Positions 26,292 through 40,079 are shown, counted from the whole stretch's first letter. The stretch is DNA of 56,859 nucleotides, filler included, from Sphacelaria rigidula (GCA_964200075.2; 4 parts of 4 records of this genome joined end to end with filler, not necessarily neighbours in it); one strand, 5' to 3'. Notes: generated from the letters alone by a model not told the origin. A program made the numbers and translations.

Positions 26292-28382
26292 ATCGTTGGA
26301 TGTCGTGAACGTGCAGTAGGTATTCGCTGACAAATTGGGGTAAAATTCGAAGCATAAAAAAATACCATTACTGCTCCAACGCAACACAATTCCGTACGGC
26401 CGTGCACGATTCATTGTTCCTACATTCTCCTGAAGGCATCAGAGGACCTGGTGGAGTAGAATTTTGGATCCTGCTCCCTGCCCCTCCGAGAACCCGGGAT
26501 GCTCCGTACCTGCTTTATAGGGGCGAACCCCCGATGGGTTAGCGTCGGTTGGGAATGATGCTGTGAAACATGTCACTCACTGCGTAAGCTAGGCAACTGG
26601 ATTACCGATTTGTTTTATGCGTTTGCGTATCATTCGCGGTAACCATGACGATAGTCGAGCTAGATCATTTCGTGTGGCGTGGGAGGACCTCAACTCCGCA
26701 CAATGGGGATGATGTGATATCCCTGCAGTTATCACATATCATATCTGAGGAAGAGTGTGCCAGTACTTTCCCTGGCTAGTTCAGACCCCCTTGGGGACAC
26801 AGAGGAGAGACATATTTTGAAAAAACATACAATGACCCTCAGGATACTGTATAATATTATGAGCTTTTCCGGGCAATAGGCTCACCCACCTGGTGGGAGC
26901 TGTTACTCTGTGCAATAGATGGAGCCGTGTCTCTCCCGCACACCTCCTACGAAGTGGCCAACACTGCTGCGAGTAAGTGATATAGCACATCCGCATATAC
27001 ATTTATATAACTGTCCGAAGATGCGAGAATGATGAAAAGTGACTGTACTACAACAGTGAGTTGTATATTTCCTACCTCGTTTGCGGATTGTAAATGAAAA
27101 ACACAATGGCTCGGAGATCGCAAGCGTTCTGCACTACAGTATGCTCTGACAGCCCACCCCGGAACGAGTTTCCAACACAGCCACGGTGGAAGCAGCCATA
27201 CAAGGCGTGATAGGTGGTCCAGACTTGTAGACGTCTGTCACTCAAGATCAGATCGCCATGTGGACTCCTCCCATCACGGGCACATGGACTTCAGCAGCTT
27301 TGGTTATTCATGTATTAACCCTCAGCACAGTACAAGAGAACAGGACCATAGCCTCTCTTCTCCAGAGTAGCAAAACCGGGCTCTCTCGTCATGGAGGTCA
27401 CCCATCACAGAGTTCGGCAATCAGACCCGCAACTCCACGTACACAATGTCCCCAACCTTAGGTAACAATGGTGACTAGAGTCTTCAGAACCCCCAAAGCT
27501 CTCTACTACCAACAAGTATAGTTACATCAGAGCTTGACAAACTCAGACATCATTGGTGCATTTTCTGCAAAGAATAGCAATCTCTTCCGCTGCTTTCGAC
27601 AACAGCTCCATACAAGCTTGCCCTACTTCCGAACAACGCGCAAGAGATCCCAAAACAATATCGCCCATCATGAACATGCAACCACGCTACTTGCACCACT
27701 TCGAGTTACAAAGCGAGAGCTAGCGCCAACTTCTCAAATCCTCGCCCAAAATAAGTATCTTGACTCTTCATCGGCACAAAACCGAAAATGTCAGCGAACG
27801 TCAAATTCCAGAGCATTCGTGACTCATCTTCCCTCTCATCCGAGACAAGGTACTTCTCAACATGCAAAATGCACTCTTTGTACGTTCAACACCTGCGTAA
27901 TGGATTGCAACAGCCAGATGATAAATCATCCTCACGCTAGAAGGAAATAATCACCCAACACGTCTGACACGCACCTGGCCTCTTGCTTCTGCAACACCGT
28001 AAAAACGTGTGCATCGCATGCCTCCCTGCCGTCAAAGCTTCAATGCTTCAACTTGCCATCACTTCATAAAGACAATCAAAGGAAAGCCATGACTCAAACC
28101 GCTATTCAAGTAATGCGTACTCATCCAACGACGGCGAACGGATCGCGACCTCCGTCATCATTGATCTTACGTCGTGATATCGTTTTTGAAGTCTTGTTTC
28201 CGAGAAATTCCCAGATATTTCTATGTCTCGTTTGGATCTTGAACGTCATATCCTATCCGTGCATCAGTCAAATGTAGAAATAATGAATTCCTCGACACTC
28301 TTGCAGTCCACCTATACCAGTGTTTTCGTGAGATCGAGAGTAGATTATACGATTAAGAGTGGCTTTGATCATTCCCTCTAAG

Positions 28383-28482
28383 NNNNNNNNNNNNNNNNNN
28401 NNNNNNNNNNNNNNNNNNNNNNNNNNTTAATTAATTAANNNNNNNNNNNNNNNNNNNNNNNNNNNNNNNNNNNNNNNNNNNN
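28383..28482. other. Artificial contig linker
   Basis: Same 100-bp N-TTAATTAATTAA-N structure. Confidence 0.97.
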
Positions 28483-29947
28483 TTGAGTACTCAAAATTTG
28501 AGTTGAGTATTGAGGTCATACTCAAGTGATACTCTATACTCAAGTATTACTGAGAGTGCGTACTCAATATTTAAGTTGAGTATTTGAGGTCGTACCCGAT
28601 CTACTCAAAATTTGAGAGGAGTATTTGAGGCCGTACTCAACGTACTCAAAAATTGAGTAGAGTATCGGAAGTCGTACTCGACCTACTCAAAATTTGAGTG
28701 GAGTATCTGAGGCCGGATCCGATGTGCCGAAAACATATACAGTAACTTCAACTTCAATATTCAAGTTCGTACGCAAGATGCTCAAACTCGGGTAGAGGAA
28801 ATACCGAGGTATGCCTAGAGTTGCCCACCCATGATGATAGTTGATATGAGGTCAAACTGTCTTCTCAAACCGTGGCCGGTAGAGTCGCTCATTTTGATGA
28901 TACCTACTCGACTACTCGATAACTCGATTACTCGATGAGTAGCACCCTGTACTGAAAGTGATATCGTAGGCGTCAAGAGGTATCGAGTATGAACTGCCGT
29001 GGGTGGGGGCTGGTGAGATGGGGCGCTGGGGCAAGTAGATTCGTTCACCTGCACGCTTCTCGATTTTTTTGTGGCCATCATTCGCCCGTACTCTTTGTTG
29101 GCTGTGATGTAATATCGCCCATCTAATTGATGGTCATCGTTTGCTCATGTATTCAACATCGTCTATGAACTGACGTCACGAAGTAGCGGATTGTCAGGGG
29201 TACTCACCATACTCAAGGGGTACTCTTTAATCAAGTATTACTAAGAGTACTTACTCAATATTTGAGTAGAGTATTTGAGGTCGTACTCGACCTACCCGAA
29301 ATTCGAGTAGTATTTGAGACCATACTCAACCGACTCGAAATTTGAGAAGAGTATTGAGGTCATACTCAAGTGATACTCTATACTCAAGCATCACTGAGAG
29401 TACTTACTCAATATTTGAGTATAGTATTTGAGGTCGTACTCGATCTACTCAAAATTTGAGTCGAGTATTTGAGACCGTACTCGACCTACTCGAAATTTGA
29501 GTAGAGTATTGAGGTCACACTCAAGTGATACTCTATACTCAAGCATCACTGAGAGTACTTACTCAAAATATGAGTAGAGTATTTGAGGTCGTACTCGACC
29601 TACTCAAAATTTGAGTAGAGTACTGAAGACCATACTCAACCTACTCGAAATTTGACTAGAGTATTTGAGACCGTACTCGACCTACTCAAATTTTGAGTAG
29701 AGTATTGAGGTCACACTCGAGTGATACTCTATACTCAAAGATTTCCTGAGAGTGCGTACTCAACCTTTGAGTAGAGTATTTGAGGTCGTACTCGACCTAC
29801 TCAAAATTCGAGTAGAATATTTGAGGCCGTACTCGACCTATTCAAAATTTGAGTAAAGTATTCGAGGCCATACTCAACCTACTCAAACGTCGAGTAGAGT
29901 AAATACTTGAGTACTCAATAGTACAAACTCTACTCGACCTACCCTTG
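28483..29947. repeat. TIR element carrying a minisatellite of ~41-bp palindromic units (3' end)
   Basis: Tandem CTACTCAAAATTTGAGTAGAGTATTTGAGGTCGTACTCGAC units ending in ACTCTACTCGACCTACCCTTG. The contig breaks inside it. Confidence 0.9.
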
Positions 29948-30076
29948 CATAGCTCTCATCTTTTGGCATGAAGGTCTACATCGTACAAATCACCTCAATT
30001 ACATCGAGCAGTACACTACCTTAGGGCAGTACAGTACGTCATGCTTTACCTGCACCAGGTTGTTACATGACCAGTA

Positions 30077-30299
30077 TATCGTAATTGTGCGAGTCATCGC
30101 ACACCCCCTGGACCGAATTTGAAAGCTCGATTACTCCATGACGATGAGGGTGCCAATACCAAACGACGCCTTTTCGGACAGCTATCGACGAGATGTTTCC
30201 AGCGTCACCCTTTTCAGAACTGATGCTCTTCTTGTTGTGGAGTAATCGACCTTTGAAATTCGGTCCAGGGGGTGTGCGATGACTCGCACGATTACGGTA
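30077..30299 (+). repeat. Long hairpin (~78-bp stem); pogo-like MITE and/or miRNA-like precursor
   Basis: 30077-30155 pairs with 30221-30299. TA-(C)CGTAAT...ATTACGG-TA ends. Confidence 0.8.
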
Positions 30300-32596
30300 G
30301 TCGTGCACAACAACAGTACACGCAGCCGCTCTGACGCTCCATTAGTTATACAATCTTCACCACTATATCTGCCTGCACTCGAACAAGAAACTGACTGGCC
30401 ATCACGCCGCCGTTCCAAACGTATGCTATTGCGCCTTCTCATGAAGCTCCCAACGTATTAGTCAGCGATCGCTGTAATCCGTGGCATGGTACTACAGGCA
30501 ACAGCACTTGTAGCACTGACTCAAATATAACAGTATATTCGGCACATGACCCATGCATGAGGATGACATTGTAGTGAATGAAATTATTTGCGCGCAGCGT
30601 GATTATGGCTGAGCGTTCAAGATCGGCACCCTGCAATTACTGACGACCTGTTTGAAATCAGCCAAATAACTGAAACATGAGACATGTCCTATTTCCCGGT
30701 ACTGCAGCACAAACACACTGACGCACGCTCGCAAATGTGCTGTGGCCATCACTGTTCTGGATGTGCTAAGACCTTCCGAAGATGGTTTAGTCTCCGCTGA
30801 GATTGCTTGAGGTACTGTAAGGTCGTGTTCGTCTCTCTGTAACGTAGTATCAGCCGGGACGCAGTGCTGTCTACACGCTTGACTGTCCGTTGAAAAATTA
30901 ATGTTACTCGGACCCATCACTTGCGCGATAACGACCATGGGTGGGTAAAGACACACAATCAGCACCGGTATACACCGCTCGACCGGCTGGGCCAGACCCC
31001 GTGCTCCGACGAAGGGAGCAAAGCACAGCACAGTGCGGTACACCGCCAGGGTACTGCTTGCACCCGTCAGCATCGCGGCTGCTGCCGCTGGCATCGCGCC
31101 AGCGCTCGCGGCCACGGAAAGACACAACCAGCCATACTAAGATGGGGATATGCCGATACATGAGCATCGCACTGCGGCGGCAATGTACCATTTACTGGCT
31201 GTCTGCTTGTCTGCTTGCAGCTTCGTTGCTCTGCTGCTGTTCTATCCGTCTCGGCGTACACTGCAGGTGTGACTGGAGTCTGCGAGCCAATCACAAGCAT
31301 TTTTCACCACGTAATTCACTACGAAGGTCGCATTTCATTGCCGCTAGATTCCGCCGATTCTTCACGGAAGGGCCTCTGATTGGTTGAATTTCGCATTTCA
31401 CTACAAAAAATCCATCCCCGTGTATGGGTGGGGTGCCGTATTTCATCAAATGGGTTAGTCGGGAATTCTCCCGCTTCCACCAAACACATTTTCCCTTGCT
31501 CGGGGATTCCTCCACCAACACGTACGTGCCAGCACAACCTCATCTTGACGCCGTGGCTCAACGGGGCCACAAGAATCACGACCGAAAACACCTTGATTTT
31601 ACGCGCCATGATTCGTCCCTACGATCCCACACCCTCCGAAAAACTCACGATCGATCGTGATATTTTTACGTGATACTGATTTTCGAAAGTGTGATGGGGC
31701 TTCCTGAAACTGATGTCAGGACTACCTCATGAATCAGCTTGAACATACATCACCCCCACGGGGGGGGCGTACTCACGGGGCGGCACATGCGGAGACATGA
31801 CACATATCCAAGCCATTACCACCCATCGCTTCCTATTACACAGAGCATGTCTCTCCCCGCAGCAGTTGATCAGCTGAAAAAGATATCCTTGGTTTGGGGC
31901 AGATTTCCACCTTGAATGAGATCCGATGATTAACGTCGAACGCTTCAAACACGAACACCCGACAGGGTCAACGACTGTGGGTCTTGCTGGCAACTTCTTT
32001 TGGCATGCACAAGGCTGCCCCTCCTTCAGTACTCAGTACTCGATGGATTGCCGTAGAACAAACGTTGCTGTGTGCAGATGGACAAGAGCTAGCGCCAGAT
32101 ATAACGCGCTTGGGTGGCGTGCGTCAGCGCGTACTTGTTTGGGCTGCGTTATGCCGGTGTGACGTATTTCAGTCACTGTCTTCGTGCTGCCTACACAGGT
32201 CTTCAGAGCTGTACTGTTATATGTTCAAAGCTCTTCGTACCTAGATCCAGTGCACTCACCATCCATGTGGGAAATATATGTATTCTTGATTGGACCCATA
32301 CTGGTCGTTACAAGCCAAAATCAAATTCCAACATGATTTCTGAACATGATCTTCTGCCTCGACAAGGCACGGTCTAACCATCCAGCAACCAATGCGCAGA
32401 CACGGGTGCATGCAGGTGCGGCATAGTAAAGTTTTCTCTCCAACTGTTCTGCAGAGGATGAACCTTTCAGATTCGCAGATTGTAGAGTAATCAAGCTTGA
32501 AACAAAACGAGACGCTAATGGATGTGAAAATAAGCGAGGAAGAGCGTGCCAAAGAGATAATACAACTCTGCGTTACTGGACGTGTGTACGATTTGA

Positions 32597-33423
32597 CCCT
32601 TTGGAAACCCTCCCTTCCGTCTCCGGGCAAGACGTCTCAATATTCCAAGCCCTGAAACAAATAACAATAAATGGGAACAAAAAACACCGACGGTAACCAT
32701 TCCTACGGCGGGAGGCCACAGAAGAATCCGCCAGCATACGTCAGGCGCGCACCAAAATGTCACCCAGTTGCGGTTGGTTTAGTTTTTCTCAATGAAGCCG
32801 GTTGCCCCGGTGGCTTAGTTGGTAACCTTGAAATCGAAACCTTCTGACGGTTGAGTCGTGGTTCAAACCTCTGAGCGATCTGGGATTTCTCCTCACACAG
32901 TGCTCAACAGTTGAGAGCGACTATATGTACACAAAATCCGACTTAACGGTCGACGAGGGAAAGGGATTGCTGAATCCCTCTCGCGATAAAAATAAAGGGC
33001 AAGCACCGCAGAAGGAAGGTGGGGTGCTAAAAAAAAGAAAGAAGAAAAGCTTCTGTGTTGACCTTCCTCGTGTATGACCCCGGTGTTGCGCCCAAATATA
33101 TCGAAAGGTGTAGACCGGCGTTCACAAGAGATGGGATGACAACACATACACAAAATGAAGGGACGTGACGAGTCGAGTGTGATCAACTTTGTGCACACCT
33201 CCGAAATCAACACCTGCGTCCCTGAACTCTTTACAAACAAGAATCGGCACCACTCTATTTTCCATATCATGAGTCCCGTGCTGCACTTGGGGCAAATTTT
33301 TATACGGGTCTGAAAAATACGCCTCGCTGATAGTTTCGCATGGAATTTGTCAAAACTCAAACAATATCTCGTTAAAAAACAGCACCTCGAAATTCACGCC
33401 TGTTCATCGCCAATGCTGAAGGG
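32597..33423 (+). mobile_element. piggyBac-like non-autonomous element with a nested SINE
   Basis: TTGA-CCCTT...AAGGG-TTAA ends; homologous to the copy at ~6591. Confidence 0.6.
32798..33153 (+). mobile_element. tRNA-derived SINE
   Basis: A box TGGCTTAGTTGG, B box GGTTCAAACC, CA-rich tail, and TSD AATGAAG (32791-97, 33154-60). Other copies at 165-537 and ~15450-15600 (minus). Confidence 0.8.
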
Positions 33424-35129
33424 TTAATATTAGCAAAATGTTTGTTGGCGAGTATACTTCTAGGTTGAATCACTCGATCTTAGAACAGAGCGGCTCCGCC
33501 ACTTTACCGACTCCAACTCGTACCTATTGATAGCGACGTCATTTTCACAGAAAGGCCAATAGACAATAAGAATGCTGCCCCTTTGACCGTCAGGATGGCT
33601 CAACTGTTGAATCGGCATCATTTTTAATCCAGAAATGAGCCCGAGGCTCAGGATCTACCCTGGTGGTCACAGAGATACCACCTAGGGAACGACCGGCTAG
33701 GCACACGCGGGAAGTACGACCGAGACAGCAATGGCTTTACACAGAATAACCCTCTACTCAGAGAGGCGGGTGATGGCAGCGTACGCAGTGTACGACACGA
33801 GAGCAACCTACTTTATATAAGTAGCTCTGACGACAAGGGCGAACGCAGGGGTTCGTTTCTACAGTCGGCCGTATCATGAATATACTTTCAAGGTAATCAA
33901 CAAGCAGCGCAACGCTGGACGGGCATACTTGCCAACAAACGAGAGGCACGCTTTGGCTGCCCACCCAGTGGCTACAGACAACTAGTCAAGGACAGGTGTT
34001 TACTGTGGACCAAGTAACTCCAACACACGTCGCTGCATAGGCATCGATAGTGCCGCAAGTCGGATTTTGGCCGTGGGGAAGGTGCCAGAAATGGTTCGGT
34101 AGCGTTTCCTCAAGCCAAGGCAACCCGAGAAACCTCGAGTGAAGGGGAATGCAAACGGTGCCTTCTGGTGTGCGTTTGCAGAGCCCAAATCGGCGCTGAG
34201 CTCCGAGTCGGGGATTGATTGATTGATTGATTCTCTCACATTTGCTGATAGCAACAATCCAGCCCGTGGTCAGGAGCAGCAAAAAAAATAAATGGAAAAA
34301 AACAAAGAAACAGGAAAAGACAGAAGCAACGGCCTCAGAAAGAAACGAGGAAAGGAAGTAGCGATAACAACTGTGAGCCCTTCCAAAAACTGAACATAAT
34401 GTACCACACTGAACCCAAGGAATATGGTGCTGGGTTCGCGGGAACTCTTCGATATATTGCTGATTGCTATCCGATGATTTCCCACATCGTTGGTTATTGG
34501 TTTCATACCCGCTAACGGCAACCCTCTCACAGGCTCTCAAGTTTATACGTCGCAATTGCTGAGGGTCCAATCCATTTCAGAACGTTCTTCTCTATCCATT
34601 GCGTGTTACTCGAACAATACATGCAGTCGTTTCGTGTGAGTGTTTCCCGGTGATCCATGGAGCTTGTTGCAGGGGGGATCATGATTAGGCTGATTTTTGC
34701 GCCGACTGCAGATTATGTGCCACGGCATATACTACAGATGTTACCAAATCTCGGCCTCCGGTGCTTGAAGCAGGGTGACACGCAGCAAGAAGCTTTTGCG
34801 TAGATAAGCCTCATCGATCATACCTTCATGTCTCGGAGGTTTCATGTGAGAATTTGGGAACTTGGGAATTCGAGGCGATTCGAACGGAGCTTTTTCAACG
34901 CACCGTATCCAGAATTCAAACAATTGCGGCTGCAGTCGAGTCCTATGAGTCTTCGACAAACGTCGAGGCAAAAATTTCGAGTCACGGGGGGCGATATCTC
35001 AGCGCCCAAACACTATCCCAATCTGTATCGGCACCCATAGAGTGCAGAGTGCAAAAACTACCTTGTTGATAGCATGAGTCCAAGCGCGACATGTCTCCAT
35101 GGCATATCTGCTATGCGCGAAATGATCAC

Positions 35130-38100
35130 CTGGGCTGCATCTGTCCTGTCGAAGCCCAACTCTGCTAGGCGTGCTACAGCTGCTCCCTCCTCTTCTGTAA
35201 GATGAATTACATTTCGCCCGGCAGCATCGGCACCTGGAGGCATGCCTCTCATCCCTCCCATACCGGCCCCTGGCACCCCCCCAGCATTAACCATTCCCAT
35301 TAGCTGCTGGAACTGGTCGGGCGGTAGGCTCCCAATTACCTGGCTTACCTGCATATGCAATTTAGAGTACCAACCACGTACATCACAGACTGGTGTGGTG
35401 CCACAAGACTTCAAGGGCCGTAATACACATGACGCCAGACTTTCACTGATGCTCTTTAATTTTTCTCAAAGTTGTTTCAAACCTCGGCCTGTCAACCACA
35501 GCACTTCGGAGCACACAATCAATGCAAGGAGAAAATAACACGAGAAAATTTGAAGCTGCCACTGCATGTTGTCCTTCACTTAGAAAAAGAAGAGGGGAGA
35601 TGATGCGAAGTAACGCTTGGTGCGTATGAGACCTGACAAAGGCCTGCGAACCCGCCAGGGACTACTGCAAGATCGTAGTATGATTTGCTAACATTTTTTT
35701 GTGTAATTGAGCATCTCCTTACGGCAGGCAAGAATAAAAATCGGGAGAAAGTACCTTGTCGGAGCTACCACGTCTTTTCATGATCTACAAGAGAGCTGGG
35801 CAGATCTTGGACACCTGGAAATGCCTTGCTGTACTTGCAGTTTTTTTCTTGCCCAAAGTTGCATCCATCTCGGAGATCGGTCGAGTCCACACAAATCTAA
35901 ATTTCATGGGCTTGACCGGTCTCCGAGAAAAATGCAGATTTGGGCAAGAAAATAACTGCAACCACCGGAAAAACGCACAGGTGTACTGGAATAGCACCAA
36001 CGAGTACAGCAGGTATTCCAGGTCAGGTCCATGCAAATCTCGGAAATTTTTCTAGACTTGACCGGTCTCCGAGAAAAATGCAAGTTCGGGTGAGAAAAAA
36101 AACGTGACCACCAGAAAAACGCACGGGTGTACGAGAACCGTCTCAATGGGTACCGCAAGGCATTCCGACGTGTCAACATCTGCCTACATCTCTTCATAAA
36201 ACGTAAAACGACGTGAAAACTCCTAGAAAACACTTTTTCCAGATCTTTAGTTCGTCTCCCATAGAGAAGCGTCCTTACGCCGACAATACAAATTTCCAAT
36301 ACTCCAACACCATCACACCAAAGCAAAGCAAAATCATAGGGCGTGTCGAAATGTAGTTTCCTGTCTCAGGTCAATCTGTTCAACTGCCCTGTCTAATACG
36401 GAACTTACCTCACTCATTTGAGCCAGTTACACTATCATCCGTCGTCAGCACAGCACAGCACAGTACAGAACTGCAGTACGGCACACTCTCAATTGCTTGC
36501 GGTATCCAGTCAAGCGAGGTGAGCAATGCTATCTCTACTCGTCGCGACTATCCCTGACATATGTCATGTTGTGAAATGTACAGCACATCCACGGGTCGAG
36601 TACAATACAGCAAAATTTCTTGACTGCAATACGAACACGTCTACGAGAAAGATAATACATGGCGGAGGGAAGTTTTAACGAGTAGTTCACTGGACGTGCT
36701 GCCGAACAGCTACCCACTCATCCTGGTTGGCAGCCCGTGCACCATTCCACACGCTCAGTATCCCCTTTACACTTCACCTGAGCCAGCTGCTGTGGAGAGA
36801 CTCCCATGGCGGCTGCCATCTCCGCTCGTTGTGCCGGAGTCAAGGCCTGGAGCATTTGCGCCATCTGGGCAGGATTGTTCATGCCTCCACCAGACCTGGA
36901 CGTAAAACACCAGGAGAACATGCGAAGACATTGACATCATTTCGAACAACACTCGGAGTGATTATTGGGTGACTTCCCGCTCCTCTTTAGTCTCGTTCGC
37001 TTGACAACGACGGTCGCCGACGGGTACCTATAGAGTGTAACTTCTCAACCTCACGAAACTCACCCCATCATCGAACCAAGAGCACCCATACCGCCCGCAG
37101 GTGCAGGAGCAGCTGCTGGTGGGGCAGATTCGTCAACGGGCTCATTCATGAGCGCAATAAACTCTCCCTGGTTTTCGTGGATCCGCGCAAGTAGTCTTGG
37201 GCTCTGCTGCCCAATCATCTGGAGTACGTTTGACAACATGGCTGGGTCGCGCTGGACCAAACGTTTCAAGTCGTTGAACTGCGGGTGCCCCCTGAAGTCA
37301 TCGAGGGTTTCCATGGCTTCCGGCGATGATGTCGCCGCGGGAGCAGGGCTTGCAGCGGGCGCCGCCTGTGTTGGAACGATACAGCACAGAATGAGGCAAT
37401 ATGTGACGTGTCATGGTGCCCCATTTAAGCATATTTTATGTAGTTTAGGTAATGAGGTTACCATTCTTTCATCAGACTCCACCTCTATGCTTAACCTTGT
37501 GAAAACCAGAGAAGCGGGTCCGCCAGAATCACACCTAATATTTAGGGCCATCTACTTACTGCTTGTGAGCTGAGACGACATATAGAGGCCAGAAGAGAAG
37601 CTTCACAAAATTGCTCACGCTTCCAGCAGGACGGCCTACAACACACGATGCCCAGTACGCGAGGTTCTCGCTACCTCAGCTCTACCCCAGCACACGAAAG
37701 CAAAACACGGCAAGAGCGCGCACCGATCACCGTCCCTGTTTCGGTGTATAAGGGGTGCACAGGAAACAAACGATATTGACAAATAATGTGTCCTGAGCAT
37801 ATTTAACCCTTTTGGCGCCCGCTGCCCACTGGCTGATCTGACAGTCCTGCCGATTCTTGGAGGATTGCAATTGTGTCCGGGCGCTTGATATAATTTCCTT
37901 CGCGTGACGAGGTTGTCCAAAATGATTGCAGCCTAGAGCAGTTGAGAGGCTGGATTTTTTTTTGTAGACCATGTCGGCCAAATGTTAAGCAGCAAAGAGC
38001 AACTGATAAAAGCAAGGGTGTGCGACATGAACAAGCTCATCGCTGCGGTTTCATGCGTTTTGCTGATGTATGTTAGTATGTGCTCATCCTGCTCAGTTGG

Positions 38101-39755
38101 CTTTTGGAGGTGGGAGGGGAACTCCGCAAATCTTCGTGCAGGCCATAATCAAAACACCAACGAACTACATCCCCACGGTCCGCCTGCAGCACGTATATCC
38201 CTCACCAAAAACGCCACGCTGGTCAGCGAACAGCTCTGTTGACAACATGCATTCAACACTGCTTCTTGCGATCACGGCGTCTGTATCGCACTGTAAACAT
38301 ATGTGAGACCGAGCCGATGTGCTATTTGCAACACGCATGTACGTACTATCGTTGGCGCCATCACGGCTTCTGTACCGCACCGTATCAAAATTGTGGGACG
38401 GCAACGCCGCTGGCTGCGCCTGGTCATACAGGAATACCTATAGTACGACGCGCGGCATGTGAGTGACGAAGATGTTCAAATGTGGTCGCTGTCTCGCCGC
38501 CCAACATGATAATTGCCCGCGGCTACACGAAGGGAATAAAATCCAATTGGCCGTCGAGTGCTGGAAGGTTTGGAGAAGCTATGACTTCCCCTCTCATCAA
38601 ACGAGAGTATTTTTGGATTGCCCTACCAGGCCTCACGGCGACTCCCTGAAAAAATGAATATGTGACACCCAGGAAGCGAACTCGAGTGACGTTGCACAGA
38701 TACGGACCTGAAAGTTGTCTGGTATGCCAGTCATGAGGAACTCGACCGCGACATCTGGGTTGCCCATGGCAGCACGGAGTGCAGCTCTGGCTTGGTCTTC
38801 AGGGAATCCCATATCGGTCAATTGGCGAATGTGGGCTTCGTTCGGAGGCGCAGCAGAGTGGGCCGCAGCGGGGGCTGCTGGGGCTGCTACTGGGGCGGCG
38901 GCTGCAGCTGTCGACGGCTCCGCCGCCGCCGCGGCCGCTGGCGGCGCTGCTACTGCTGCTGCCGCGGGCACAGGGGCCGCAGCGACCGGCTTTGGCTGTA
39001 AGTAGCGGTGTCGTAGGAAAACATGGGTGGGCGGGGGTGTGAGACTACAAGAGGCAATCAGAGACAGACAGCCAAGTTGCACGTGCGAGAGTGAGGACGA
39101 AACGCCGTCGTGTGAAGAAAGTCAATATCTTCCTTCTGTTCGGGTGTATCAAATCACCACCACCACGTTCTGAAGTCTCCCGTACTTACAATGTTGGGGC
39201 TTTCCTGCCGGGTCCGTATTATGGGGAAGATAGTATTTCGGCAACTTGTTGGGCATTGGTTATAACCTCGTGAAACACGCGCCGACTTACCTTGGTAACC
39301 ATGCAGACTAAGAACTCATCCTCCTTGATGTTGTACTCCTGCAAGCTGCTCTCATCTTTGAGGATCTTCCCAGAGTGGATAAGCTTGAGTTGGGCAGCTG
39401 GGAACTCGGGATTCGTTGCCTCAATCACGCCCTTGACATCCTTTACCTACATATCAGAGTGTGCGAGGAAAGAGAGGGGCAAAAGATGTAGACAAACACC
39501 ACCATGAAGTCCAGACCATTGTACTGTCCTGACAGGCGCTGCAGTATGCCGTAGTAGTGCACATCCCATGCACTACAGACAGCAAGCAGTGCTACTGCGG
39601 CATCAATGATGCCACCGTCAGGATGGAACCCGTGCAAACACTTTCCTGTTTGCACGCATGAACCAAGCGGAAAACTAGCAGCTCACCAGTTGCGTAGGCT
39701 CCACCTCGATCTGGAATTTTTTCCCCTTGATGGTTTTAACCGTAAGATGGACCAT
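35130..39755 (-). CDS. RAD23: UV excision repair / ubiquitin receptor RAD23; exons 39755-39687, 39446-39291, 38995-38708, 37365-37064, 36895-36778, 35348-35130; terminal exon not located
   Basis: GT-AG exons join in phase. UBL (MVHLTVKTIKGKKFQIEV...LKLIHSGKILKD), UBA1 (LTDMGFPEDQARAALRAAMGNPDVAVEFL), XPC-binding/STI1 (FRGHPQFNDLKRLVQRDP) and the start of UBA2 (IHLTEEEGAAVARLAELGFDRTDAAQ). Confidence 0.95.
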
Positions 39756-40079
39756 CTTCGTTACAGATGTCGGTTAATCGGAAGCGCACTGATGAAGACG
39801 AAGAACTCTACAGCGGGTGGCTTTCGGATGACCAATCATAGGGGAAAATGGAACATGACACTGGTTCTTGGGCCTGTTGCACGACCCCGCGGACCAAACT
39901 GCTGTCCCTTGTGCCGCCCCCTCCTGGGATCGCTGATCTGAACTGGAGGGTAGGCTGTGCATCAGAGTTAGTGCACAGTTTTAGTGGAAAGGAGGAAGCC
40001 CACGAAGGAAAGTGAAGATAGCTCAGCTGTATAGTCGATACGGCAACGGTACGCGGTAACAGTAGTATAGGGTGTGGCA
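39756..40079. promoter_or_regulatory. Bidirectional promoter region RAD23/HCF101
   Basis: 324 bp between divergent ATGs; CCAAT box at 39832-39836. Confidence 0.65.

Noticed and set aside
28483-29947. CRISPR-like array of palindromic repeats
   Set aside because: Units are contiguous with no unique spacers, there are no cas genes, the context is eukaryotic, and the array is bounded by TIRs.
30603-31191. Minus-strand gene downstream of CCAAT motifs
   Set aside because: Overlapping ORFs with no recognisable domain or consistent splice model.
32805-32880. tRNA gene
   Set aside because: A and B boxes are present, but there is no convincing cloverleaf, and it is followed by a multi-copy SINE body, tail and TSD.
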